Below, in pieces: positions 39,200 to 51,016 of a stretch of 64,000 nucleotides of DNA. This DNA is from Podarcis filfolensis (lineage: Eukaryota). The translations under genes and the position numbers were made by a program. The stretch lies in assembly GCA_964270895.1 (NCBI GenBank), contig OZ185441.1. One strand, given 5' to 3'. The notes beneath the pieces were generated by a model. The model searched no databases and was not told the DNA's origin. It was given only the letters and a program-made list of their open reading frames with translations. The stretch's first letter is position 1, and each line of letters starts with the position of its first letter.

Positions 39200-40050
39200 C
39201 CCCACCCCCACCCCGGGCTACCTCACCACCCTAAAGCAATATGGCCACCGCGGCGCATTTCAACGCCCTCCCCTTCGAAGACAAAAGGACGCGTGGACTT
39301 CGAAACAAACCAAGATTGGCAGCGGGGCCTAGCCAATCGCGAAGCCGAGCCCTTCCGCGGTGGCCAATGGGAGACAAGGAAATCAAGCTGGGCAAAGCGT
39401 CCCTTGAGCAAGCCCCGGCCTTCGCCAGCCTGGCGGGCGCGCGAATTCCTGCTAGGTCGGCCGTTAGCTGGGGGCTGGCCAGGCGCGTGCGCTCGAGTGT
39501 GGGAGGGGCCGGCTGCGCCGCGGCTGTCAATTCTCCCTCCGTTCTGTCCCCTCCTCGCTACCCCCCACCCTGCGCGGATCCCGCCAAACACCGGCCAGCG
39601 CCTCGATACCTTCACTGAACGTGTCGGCTCCGCCTCCTCCTCCTCTAATGGCGGGCGGGTTCTCTGTGTCCGAGGGATTCGCCCCCCTCGTTCGGGCGGG
39701 GACGGGTCCGCCTCTCCCTCCCGTCAGTGTCAACCTAGCCCGATGGAGGAGGCGGCAGATCTGGCTTTTGCTCTGAAACGGGGCAGGTTGAGGACAGAAA
39801 TAAAACATGCAACTCCATCTCTACCGAGAACCGTTTTCTTCTAAGCACCCCCTCGCCTCCCAACAGAACTTGATTTCTTGTCCAAAGACATGGAGAAACC
39901 TTCCCCAAATATGTGGGAGGCGTTGTAAGAAAACCGCCCTCAGCACATGCTCAGAGGCACTTCGCCGGCGCCAGAAGAGGGTCCCGGGCAGGGCCGGTGC
40001 TATCGTTAGGCAGTCGCCCAGGGCACAGGCTGCGGGGCGGGGCGTTCACA
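39200..40050. promoter_or_regulatory. CpG-island promoter of TRIQK, probably bidirectional
   Basis: The most GC- and CpG-rich unique-sequence stretch in the window. ATTGG 39315-39319, CCAAT 39333-39337 and CCAAT 39364-39368 (the last two 31 bp apart, NF-Y-like); NRF1-like GCGCGTGCGC at about 39483; GC boxes; YY1-like AATGGCGG at 39647-39654. Confidence 0.85.
39227..39290 (-). other. TRIQK: Predicted TRIQK exon 1 (5' boundary approximate)
   Basis: Donor GGGTG|gtgagg at 39227 at the edge of the CpG island, just downstream (minus strand) of the CCAAT cluster. Confidence 0.55.
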
Positions 40051-40349
40051 TAGATCAGCTTGGGTCATGTCCCATAAATATCTAGTAAGATTTCACTTCT
40101 GTTTTACACTTTGAAGAATTTCTATTATATCTGCCAGAAATCTCTTTTCGAAAACTGAAGTCGGCAAAAAGTAATTTGGGGGGAAGAACAGGTTGGCGGG
40201 GGTAGAAAACAGCCTGGCCCAGAATCAGGGCTAAGCCTTCGTTAACCCTTGGAAGTTATAATTATCAACGTTATAATATAAAGTGTTGTCCAGCAGTGTT
40301 TTGGAGTTCTTATGATCACTACAGTCCTGGGGTGGGGGGAGCTTTTGTT

Positions 40350-40640
40350 CTGTTTATTTAAAAAAATGTATCAAATGCTTAATATAAAAGATGCCAATAT
40401 GGTACAAAAATAAATATTGCACAGCACATAATAATTTAGAAACAATGTAATAACATGTAATAAATAAAACTACTTAATACTTTTTATTATTATTTTTAAA
40501 TGTATGGTTTTAATTATTGGATATTGGATATGGTATTCCAGGGGAAGTACGTTCCAGGTAGCAGGTGCCACTACACCAAAGACCCTGCTCTGGGCAGCCA
40601 CAAGGTGAATTGCAGGAGCATGTGGCTACATCGGGGAAAC
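40350..40640 (-). mobile_element. Diverged L2-like 3' end
   Basis: Minus strand agcagggtctttggtgtagtggcacctgctacctggaacgtacttccc resembles the RAFSVVAP..WN.LP motif. Confidence 0.45.
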
Positions 40641-41274
40641 CTCACCAGATGACCGCAGCCACCATGCAGAAGCCTTCCCAAAGTGCTCCATGTATTTCCC
40701 CTCATATATCAGTGAATATTTACCTCTCATTCCTATGGGGGGAAATGCCTTGGTGCAAAAATGGTTCTCCAGCCCTGACACTGGATGGTCTGGTCCTTGC
40801 CGATACAGATGTCGATGAGGGTGTACACAGTGCATCTTTGTGTAGAGATACAAATGGTATGTTTTTGTGCAATATCTCCACACACAGCTGTCTATATAAT
40901 GATGGCTGCATCATCATAATTATTATACAGAGTATACCTAAAATTTTCTTTGTACTGTTGAGAGATGAAAAGCAACACAGTCGCTACCCATGGGCTTGCA
41001 GACTTGATAAACACAATGCAAAAAGGATGGAGGGGGAAGACGAAAACAAGAAATGAGTAATAATTGGAAAAGGAAAATGGAAGAGAATGACTGTGTTTGT
41101 AGGAAATAGGCGGAACCCTGAACAGGAACGATCCTTTTAGAAGGGAGGATGCAACGCACATTCTGTTGGAGGGCTCACTTGTGATTACTAGGAGACAGGC
41201 ACTCTCCAATGGCTGATTAGTACGCATACATGAAACAAAAAATTTCTTTTTTAACACCACACAAGATTATTCCT

Positions 41275-41782
41275 GTTGTTGTTGTTTAGTCGTTTAGTTG
41301 TGTCCGACTCTTTGTGACCCCATGGACCAGAGCACGCCAGGCACTCCTGTCTTCCACTGCCTCCCGCTGTTTGGTCAAATTCATGCTGGTAACTTCGAGA
41401 ACACTATCCAACCATCTCATCCTCCGTCGTTCCCTTCTCCTTGTGCCCTCAATCTTTCCCAACATCAGGGTCTTTTCCAGGGAGTCTTCTCTTCTCATGA
41501 GATGGCCAAAGTATTGGAGCCTCGGCTTCAGGATCTGTCCTTCCAGTGAGCACCCAGGGCTGATTTCCTTCAGAATGGATAGGTTTGATCTTCTTGCAGT
41601 CCATGGGACTCTCAAGAGTCTCCTCCAGCACCATAATTCAAAAGCATCAATTCTTCGGCGATCAGCCTTCTTTTTGGTACAGCTCTCACTTCCATACATC
41701 ACTACTGGGAAAACCATAGCTTTAACTATACGGACCTTTGTTGGCAAGGTGATGTCTCTGCTTTTTAAGATGCTGTCTAGAT
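41275..41782 (-). mobile_element. Bov-B (RTE) LINE 3' end, low divergence
   Basis: ORF reads LDSILKSRDITLPTKVRIVKAMVFPVVMYGSES...AWRALVHGVTKSRTQLND*, the classic Bov-B ORF2 C-terminus, with a (CAA)n tail. Confidence 0.95.
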
Positions 41783-41788
41783 TTTTGG

Positions 41789-42002
41789 GGCTCATTCACA
41801 CTTCTCTTTCCTGATGCCTAGAAAACATGGGTCCGAGAGGTTTTCTGCTTGCTTCTCCAGGAAAACCTCCTATTTGCAGCTGAATCAGAGCAAACATCAG
41901 TCCATGGAAAACCCGACTGGCTGATGTTTGCTCCGATTCAGTGGTAAAGAGCAGGTTTTCCCAGGGGAAAGCAGCAAGAAAGTGGAAGTGTGTGGATGAG
42001 CC
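41789..42002. mobile_element. Palindromic MITE (PIF/Harbinger-like termini)
   Basis: GGCTCATTCACAC / GTGTGGATGAGCC ends and internal inverted arms ctgaatcagagcaaacatcag / ctgatgtttgctccgattcag. Confidence 0.7.
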
Positions 42003-43914
42003 TTTGGTTTCAATACTCAAGATCATTTGACAAATTAGCTACCGCGTAACATCCTTTAACCGCCCTGTCACCCACTGGATGGCAAAAGCTCTGAGTTCCT
42101 TGTAACCTCAGTGTAAACTTTTAAATGAATGAGCATTGTAATCTATATGTGAATACTGGCCACTGGTGATGCTAATTCTTCTAGGTGCAAGAGTGTGATT
42201 TTTCCATGTTTGGTGACAAGGTAGAGTTCACCACAAGTTTTTTTTTGTGAGGTTTTTTTTTAATGCATTGTCTTTGATTAGTCATGTTGAGGATATACGT
42301 TGACCTACATAAGTTTATTTCAAGGTCGTGGGGGAAATCTAGGGCTTCTGCTTTCTTGGAGAAAGCCTTGCATGCTGTACAGTGGTACATGTGTAGGTTC
42401 TGTTGACGTTGAAATTGCACCTACTGCTGTGATTCCATTCCTTACATCTTCATGAGTATCTGCTGGACCTTAACGCCTGTGTGAAAAGGTTTATATCTTT
42501 ACTGATTCTGGATAATTTGAAGAAACATGAGTTAACTTTGTGATGCAAACACCTGTCTATTATGAAAGGAAGCTCAATTCCATGTAGGCTTCCAACCAGC
42601 CATTGCAAAGTTGTCCTGTTCAGCCACCTCAGCCTCTCTCCATTGGTAAGGGAAGGACAAAAGGCTCCATATTCCATTACCCGGACTCTGAGCCATCAAG
42701 TCTGCTCCTGCCCACTCCCTGCTTTCTCTCTATTGATTTTATAGCATTTTGCTAAATGCTATCATCCATACAGATGTCTGCCATCATTTTGTTGACATAG
42801 CGAGTCAATACTTCATTAAATGTTACCTTTCAGCTTTACCCTTAATTGGCTAAAGTATATGTAGTGTTTTCATTATTTATGTGACTGTGCCATTAAATTA
42901 TGCGTTTTAGAATATAAAAAAAATAAAAGGTTTTGTTTACATTTATTATTATTGCTCTGGCGTCAACTTTTGGATTCCTATGTAAAGAAATTAATCTTCC
43001 TTTGGAGGGGGAAATGGGAGATGACAAGCACTAGCTCCTGCTGCCTCGGGGACATAATTATGCTCACAAATACAAAAACAGAAAAATCATAAGCTCAACA
43101 CAGTTGAGACTCTTGAAAGTTTCATCTCAGCATGAAGCTATGTTTTAATTATTATTTTTGTCTGCATTGTTCAGATTGTCAGTGCACCAGATAGAATAAG
43201 TGCTTATCCTAGTTAATTCTTCATGAGACTTGTGTCACTGGAAGAAGCATTTAATTTATTTTCTTCTTCTTCTTTCTTCATGCCAGTACTGACAGAATTG
43301 TGTTTTACAGCTGGATTCAAAGCCTTGCAATATCAGTGGAAAGATTCTGAAGCAAAGGTTTGGCCAGAGCTGATTCCAGAAGACCGGGATGCAACCAATG
43401 AAAGTCTACAATTAGGGTTAAACTAGACATTTGCTTCATTGTGTAGGATGCAGCTATGTATCTGCTTTCCCTTAAATAATTATAAGTGCAGGAGTGTCTG
43501 TTTCTTACCGGGAAAGCAGCACATGGGAAGGAAAGGCTTATCTCTTCATTCCCCAAACATTATCAAAAGAGACTTTGCCTCCCTGTCTGCATGGCTAAGA
43601 GCGTTAGGGTGCTTCTAGGTGGTTATTTATCATGTGACCAGTGTTCCTCACACATTGAAGTTTTTGACCTGTCCACACAACATAGTTTTCATCAATATGC
43701 CAGCCTGTATTCCCCCCTTCCAGTTTAATCCAGATTCACACTTTCTTGGGAAAATCCAGTGTTAGAAAACTTAACCCATTTGCAATATCTCAATGACCTG
43801 TTAACCATTATAAGCCACCATCTGGAAGTGCCCATTGATTGTCTAGCTGGATTGGAAAACATTTGTGGCAGAAATGTGCTCCATTACTATAAATTAACAT
43901 CAAACTCGTCTTCC

Positions 43915-44016
43915 GAGGAGGTTTAGAGCAGTGGTTTTTTTGTCTCACAGCAAACAGTATAGGTTAGGCTGAGAGAGACTTATCTGCCCAAGGTCATCCC
44001 ATGTACTTCTCGACTG
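43915..44016 (-). mobile_element. CORE/MIR-like SINE fragment
   Basis: gtataggttaggctgagagagacttatctgcccaaggtcatcccatg is the reverse complement of a CORE-type segment. Confidence 0.55.
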
Positions 44017-44018
44017 AA

Positions 44019-44438
44019 AAAAGAAAAAGAAAGCAGTATTTTTGTGCACATGCATTTTTCTCCTGGTATACCGGAGTATATTAATGCGGACCATAAAACC
44101 CCTAGTATCCAAACATCTACTACGCACATACAGGGTTGGCATCCCCTCCTCCCACCTGCCGTGGGTTTTGTATTAAACAGCTTCATGATGTTTGGAAATT
44201 CCACAGTTGAAGCTTTTCCCTGTCTGCCTGTTATGTGGCTGTTTAAAGCGCAAGAGCCCTGCCAGGGGAAAAAGGTGGTGCAACAACCCACATTTTCTGA
44301 CTCTCACATTAAAAAATCAAAAATCATGTGTAGACAGAATATTGCTCTGTTGGTCACAGTCTGAAATGTGAAAGTTCTTAATTAGGAGTGTGAGGAGAAA
44401 AATGCATGTGCACAAAAATACTGCTTTCTTTTTCTTTT
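44019..44438. repeat. Perfect 46-bp inverted repeat (44019-44064 / 44393-44438) around a 328-bp spacer
   Basis: aaaagaaaaagaaagcagtatttttgtgcacatgcatttttctcct and its exact reverse complement. Confidence 0.95.
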
Positions 44439-44708
44439 CTTTTTTAAAGAAATGCCTTATAATATGTTGTTTAAAATCAGCAATCATACACATGCCTGGT
44501 AGGTGTATATATTCACTCTTGGGAAGGGAGAATCCTGTGGTATTGCAAGCTGCATGACAGAAACTCTTTCTATTTCCAAAATTGGCTTGCCATAGGGCAT
44601 GGCAGAGCCCCTATTTGAAAAACAAAGTACCCCAAAATGCCTTCATTTTGTGCGGAAATCATTGTATGAACCGTTGGATCCTGACCAGATCCCTCCACGC
44701 TCTTCCAA

Positions 44709-44742
<34 letters not shown>

Positions 44743-46527
44743 GCCTTTATACATAGGAGATGATGGTATAGGCCAAGTGCTTAGCCTTTAAAGATGTCTA
44801 TTTTCCTAGAATGAATGTTTTTACTGTTGCAGTTTTATAGCCCATAGCCTTTCATACCCCTGTGTTAATCATGCAAGTGATATCATAAAAAGTAACTTTC
44901 GGTAAGTTTTAATCACATATATTTCAAACCTCAAAGAGTGCTCAGGCAATGCATTTTAAAAAGCCACTAGTACACTGCGGTAGTGTGTGATGAGGAGATG
45001 CTACATTTATTTTAAGAGAGAGAGAGAGAGAGAGAAATCTGTATTTCATTTGTTACCCTGCTAACTTCACTTTAGGTAATTGCATTCAGCTTTATTATTG
45101 CCCAGAGCAATAACTGATTGTTAGTTATTGAAGTCTGAAATGATTTTCTCATCTCCCAGGGGAATCTGGAGATTTACATGGTGCACAGCAGTAACTAATA
45201 GATATAATCTGGTCATAATGTAGCCAAAGAATGTGTTATTTACTTGTTGAGAACATGGATGTTGAACATTCTAACATTTCCTCAAGAAGTGGAGCTGATT
45301 GTACTCATGATATGTGAGTTTTGTACATACTGTTCATTGCTCTTTTTTTAAGACTTGAAGATACCATCCACCTCTGAAAGGTATGTTATAAGCAAAAATG
45401 CATTTTGACACACGCACACTTACCCAAGAGTAGCTCCTATTGAATTCAATGGGACTGACTTCATGGTAGACATCACAGGATTATGCTGTGATGAAAGTTT
45501 GTGACGCAGTTTGTACTTAAATACATAGATTTGCATTTTTGTATCAGTCAATAACCTACAGTGCAATACAATAAAATTAATCTGTTTACATTAGCATTTT
45601 TTTTATAATTTTGCATGTCTTATTAACACCTTAATATATTAATTAGGATCCATAGCCAATGAAGGATTTGCCATGCTTAAGACATTGAAATCAATGGACA
45701 CTGAAATCATCAGCCCCACCCATCATGGTCGATGGTCAGGGATGGTGAGAACTAGACTTGAAGAACATCTGAAATATCAGAGGTTCGCCACTCCTGGTGT
45801 ATAGGATCACAACTGTGCACCTTTTGTTGGATTGTGATCTCATTTTGATCCAGTGCTGAAATTATTTTATTCTTATATCTGTTCATGCAATGTATATGCT
45901 ACTTAAACATAGTATAACTCCCCTGGTAAACGTGCTTTATTAAACCAGCTTTTCCTCTTCATAAATGCTTTATGACGATATCAATCCATTCCTTTTGGAG
46001 ATACTATGGAATCCATTCCTCTGTGGATGCTGTGGGGATTATTTATGTGCATGCTTCATGTGAAAGCTAATGAGTATTAAGACCTTGGATGTAAGTATCA
46101 TTTTCCATTCTGCCCTGTATTCATCGCATGCAGCAATGTTTCCATTTTGCTGCAGTTTACTCTTCCGCCCAAAAACTACATTACAGTATTTGTCTGCTGT
46201 GACAAAACAACCTACACTACACATGTTACACTGTCATTATGTTATTCCACCCCATTAATTTCAATGCCAAGAAAATGCAATGCGAATTTCAGGGTGCCGG
46301 GAATGAAATCAATTACATATCATTTGTGAAAGCAGCTTTTTAACAAACAAGCAGTGTATACATTTTATAAAACATGGCATAAATAAACAAACATTGTACT
46401 GATCAAATTCACTAGATTAATATTCATTCTGGATGTATGATGAATAAGTGAACATCTGCAATTTTCACTCCCATTTCTGTTTCTCCCAGAATTCTCCATC
46501 ATCCAAAATTTGGATAGAACATCTATA

Positions 46528-47011
46528 CAGCGGAACCTCGGTTGTCAAACGTAATCCAATCTGGAAGACTGTTTGACTTCCAAAACGTTCAACAACTGAG
46601 GCGCAAAGGGCTGCTGGCAATTTCCATTGAGAAAATGGAAAAACACACAGTGGAAGCCGTTCAACTTCTGGGGCACGTTTGAAAACGGAAGCAATTACAG
46701 TGGTAACTCGGGTTAAGTATTTAATTCGTTCCGGAGGTCCGTTCTTAACCTGAAACTGTTCTTAACCTGAAGCACCACTTTAGCTAATAGGGCCTCCTGC
46801 TGCCACTGTGCCGCCGGAGCACGATTTCTCTTCTCACCCTGAAGCAAAGTTCTTAACTGAGGTATTATTTCTGGGTTAGCGGAGTCTGTAACCTGAAGCG
46901 TATGTAACCTGAAGCGCATGTAACCTGAGGTACCACTGTATTTCTGGGTTTTCGGTGTTGGGGTTCCAAAAAGTTTGGCTTCTGAGATGCTCAAAAACCC
47001 AAGTTCCACTG
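46528..47011. mobile_element. Tigger-like MITE containing a nested second MITE (46698-46938)
   Basis: Host TIRs CAGCGGAACCTCGGTT / AACCCAAGTTCCACTG; insert TIRs CAGTGGTAACTCGGGTT / AACCTGAGGTACCACTG with TA duplication. Confidence 0.85.
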
Positions 47012-49626
47012 TATTTCACAAATATACACAATAAATATAACTTTGCCATCGTGCTCTTGCATTTACTGTACACCCCCAAGCCAATCTTCGTTAATAATGC
47101 TAATGTTAGAATAGTGTCACTTTTTTACATGTGTAATTGCAAAGGTTTGTCTGCCTTTGCTCTTACAATTTAGCTCTTCTTTGCCTTTTATTATGATTTT
47201 CAGTAAGTGCAGGAAAATTGCACCTCTGGAGCACCTGTGCCCCATGAAGAAAAGGCTTTGTTCTGCCTCTGCAACAAGCTAAGCCCCATCACAGAGCAAT
47301 CCTGGAGCCATTTGACCAAAGTAGTTCAAAATAGTCAACTAACTACAAATGAAGTCACCTAAATCAAACCAGGAAGGCTCCAGCGGCTAATGTGACACAT
47401 TATTCCATGATGGACTGCAGATAATGTACACTAAAACTGTCATGTACTGCACTGAAGTCGTTCATCATGTCAGTCCTCTGTTGGAAACCCAGTCAAGCCA
47501 TTGCTACAGAGGAGGATTTTCTTTTAAAGTCGAGGAAGCCTTGCAGGTTAAATTAAAATTCCTCTTCCTCCCCAGAGCACAGTCCATCTCTACTTTCACA
47601 TATATCTTCTCATTAACCACTCTGCCTCTTCAGCTGTACAACAACACCAGTGTACTTGTATACTCAAAACACAGGCCATGGAATTCAAGCACAGCATAGA
47701 GCTTACTTGAATGGCTCGATAGTGTCTTTCTTCTTAGCCAGCACTGCACCAGCAAAACACCCTCTAGCAGAGCTCTTCTCACTGGTAAAAGGGCAGGTGG
47801 GTGTTGTTTTTTGGAGGGTGAGCCATTTCAACTTGTTATTAAGTGTTATATGGTAATTTGTATTTTGTATTTATACTTGTATTTGTTGGTGTTATAAGGC
47901 TGGGTAATATTCTACAGCCATTTAAACGTGTTTGTGAGAGGGGGGCAATTGTTTTGTTGTTAACTAATTTTTTTTACCTTGTGTTTTTATCCTGTGAATT
48001 GCCCTAAGATCTTGTGATGAAGGATGGTTAACAAATCTAATAAATAAATAGTAATAATAATATCTTGTTCTTGCTCTGGCCACCCAGATGTGGAACCATC
48101 TTGCCCTTGTGATATGTTTTTTTTTTTCATGGATATAAATGTTCATGTACAACCCACATATGACAACACCATGGTTAAATCAGGACTGCGCCAGAGCTGT
48201 CAGTTACACCATCTTGTTTGAATTACTATACAAGAATCTCTTTGAGTTTGTTCCCCAACCCCCTTAGATGTTGACATGTTGAACATACTCAGTGCATTTA
48301 AAATCTGCATGCAAAGAGCAATGGATTGCAAGCTTGAGTAATATCAGCCCTGAGAAGTAACTGACCCATGTTAACCCAACTTCAGTTTAAGCCCAATTTT
48401 TGATTTGCTGATCTCTACATGAGGATCGAGATCAGTTTTAATTGGTTGAATACCCATTATTTTAGAATGTTCAGTTTTGCAGTCAAACAAAATGGCTATC
48501 AAAGTGCACACAGGTTTTGGTAATGTATTAAACTAAGAATGACCTAACTTACTTTCATTTTATTGAACCCTATATATCATGTGACTTGTCAATACTGCAT
48601 ATTCCCTCTAAGACAGGTTGCTTATTTAATATATTGAGCCCACAGACAGGTTTTATAAATAAACTTAATATGCATTAAGCAATGCTGACAGTACCGTGAA
48701 TAATTTATATATTGCATTACATAATTTAGATTGCAATATCATTATAGAAAACCCAAAGCTATCAAAAATCAATTTTTAAAATGAATCCTTCATTGCTGTC
48801 AGAGATGCTTGAAATGTGAACTAGATCCCATTAGTATAAGATGCTTCAAGTTAGTATGATTTTGTATCATTTACAAAAGGTATATAATTATTGACAAAAA
48901 TAAATATTTAATCACCATTCAGTTGAGCATCCACAGCGTCGACCAATGAATAAACTGGAACAGTTTAAAAACTGGCCTTGTTCTCTTTACAATACAAATT
49001 GTTAAGTCCAAGTCTGACTTTTGAACAAAGTCAACAATCCTGTTATTTACCTTGCCTTGAATTTATGCATAGCTCTGCCCTTGGAGCAGTTCAACACTGG
49101 GGTATTCCCAACCATGGACCACAAAAGGAGTTTGCAAGATCATAACTTGCAAAACAAATGAATCAAAGATTTTAATTGCAATGCCAGAGAGACCATCAAG
49201 CCACAGTGTGCTAATCCTGTATGTTGTCATTTGAAACTAAGACAGTGGTCTTATCTTCACAATTGTACACCAGGTACAGACTCTTGTGGACACTCTAGTT
49301 AGATTGACTAGTGTATTATATTAGCAATCATAACATGAGTGGTCTATAAAAGAGAGGTCCATGGGCATATACACTCTCCAAGAAATTGTCAATAAAACCA
49401 TGTAAGATTATGTAACCATGGAGCTTATAAGGTCAATAAAAGTTTGCTTACACTGTATATGGATTCAGCTCTTAACACCAATAACAGACAAGAAAGGACT
49501 GTTACACATCTCTACGCTGCATCCAGTGACTGTTTCTCTCTCTGAGTGTGTCTCAATTTCTGCCCAGCTGCTCCTTCTTTGACTGAATGGATTGGTTGAG
49601 TCATTCATTATAGGCATAAACTATAC

Positions 49627-49762
49627 CAGGCATAGGCAACCCCGGCCCTCCAGATGTTTTGGGACTACAATTCCCATCACCCCTGACCACTGGTCCTGTT
49701 AGCTAGAAATCATGGGAGTTGTAGTCCCAAAGCATCTGGAGGACCGAGGTTGCCTATGCCTG
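49627..49762. mobile_element. hAT MITE
   Basis: TIRs CAGGCATAGGCAAC / GTTGCCTATGCCTG with a perfect 8-bp duplication aactatac; degenerate relatives at about 11900, 13360, 16650, 23935, 45700 and 53440. Confidence 0.9.
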
Positions 49763-50271
49763 AACTATACATTGAGCATTCCACTGCAAACCTCTTCCAT
49801 GTAGTTTGAGTGGCAACAAAGTGTGGCAAATTTTGCTTGTGGCACATGAACTTGGTGCATGCAATAGCCTTGCTCATAACATTGGCTTTGTTTTGCACCT
49901 GTTCTTCAATTCTACCTTCCAGTACACTCCAGCCTATGTCATCCTGGCAATATCAACCAAGTCACCAAATGGTCTAGAATAGATATGTGACAGAATGTCT
50001 TCATGTGAATTTTGATGTACACTTAGATCACTTTGCTCCTTACTACAAGCTCCTTGGCCTTCTGAAATTAGAAAAGGAGGAACAAGAAGCAGGTTTTGCT
50101 TGTTGGTGCTGTCACTGCATTGTGGAATTCCTTACCAAGGGAAACTTTGCAGGCCACTGTGTCACTCTTGAACAAGGCAGACACTTGAGCCAAAATGTGG
50201 TTTCCTCTATCGTGTTGAATTAGTCCCTGATAATGTTTTACAAGCTATTGCTGTCTATCTGCTCTTCTGTG

Positions 50272-50494
50272 CAATGGTGGAGCTTCATGCTCCAGCACCG
50301 GGAGGCGGAGAGCAGGCAGGGTGGTGCTGGCACACATCCTGGGGGCGTGGCACACATCCTGGGGGCGTGGCATGCCGCCTGTAGGGGCGTGGTGCCCAGC
50401 GCAGGCGGGGGGGAGCCGCGATGGCTCCCTGCCAGGAACACGCTGCCAGGAGCGGTGCGCTCTCCCCCCCCCCACTATTCTTCCTCTGCCAGTG
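50272..50494. mobile_element. GC-rich hAT MITE
   Basis: Perfect 8-bp duplication cttctgtg; degenerate CAGTGG(C/T)GGAG-type ends; internal direct repeat ggcacacatcctgggggcgt x2. Confidence 0.8.
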
Positions 50495-50508
50495 CTTCTG
50501 TGCTCAGT

Positions 50509-51016
50509 TGTCAGGCTTCGGGGAATAGGCTTCCTCTTCCCCATGGCAGTAGATAAGAAGATCAAAGAAAGGAACGTCTTACCAGTTAGAAACTTTAATA
50601 ATCACAGCAAGAGAACAAAGAACACATCTTCTAGTTACGGCGGTGCTCCCAATTATGGATCACATCCCCTCCGTCCCTCTTAATCTATGTCACTCCTACG
50701 TCTTGTAATCTGAGTTTGTATCCTCTGTGCTCTCTGTTCTGAGACTTTCTGAGCTCTTCCTGACTTTGGGGAGATCGGAGGAATGCCGTCCAATGACTGT
50801 GAATCTGTTAACTCTCTCTCTTCTAGTGTTTCTTCTCCTAGCTGTTCCCCATCCAATATTTCCCAGCTTCTGCCTTCTGAACTATGCCCCTCTACAAGCC
50901 ACTGTTCCAAATCTATACTGTTCTCCTGCTCCTGGGAAGATTCAGGATAAGGAGCACGGGGAGGGAGTGGCTCCCACCATTCCTCCTCTGTGCAGCTCTC
51001 CTCCAACACCACGATA
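50509..51016 (-). mobile_element. Probable solo LTR (Gypsy-like)
   Basis: About 510 bp bounded by TGTCA... and ...CACGATA (a decayed TG..CA), ATTAAA on the minus strand at 50594-50599, acidic ORF in the U3-like part. No clear target duplication. Confidence 0.5.

Noticed and set aside
39223-40085. Several long ORFs (up to 183 aa) on both strands
   Set aside because: Stop-poor GC-rich CpG-island sequence with low-complexity Arg/Pro/Gly/Ala content and no recognisable domain. Only the last ten codons of the 39223-39615 frame are used, in the uORF model.
40565-41056. 163-aa plus-strand ORF
   Set aside because: Starts antisense within a decayed L2 end, with no recognisable domain or splice support. 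I considered a viral origin and found no convincing motif.
41286-41814. 169-aa and 166-aa ORFs
   Set aside because: Bov-B ORF2 fragment and its antisense shadow, not host genes.
45250-45380. Two adjacent plus-strand donors (45313 and 45380) suggesting two small exons
   Set aside because: The intervening 39 nt is too short for a vertebrate intron and no coherent ORF results; kept only as part of the lncRNA hypothesis.
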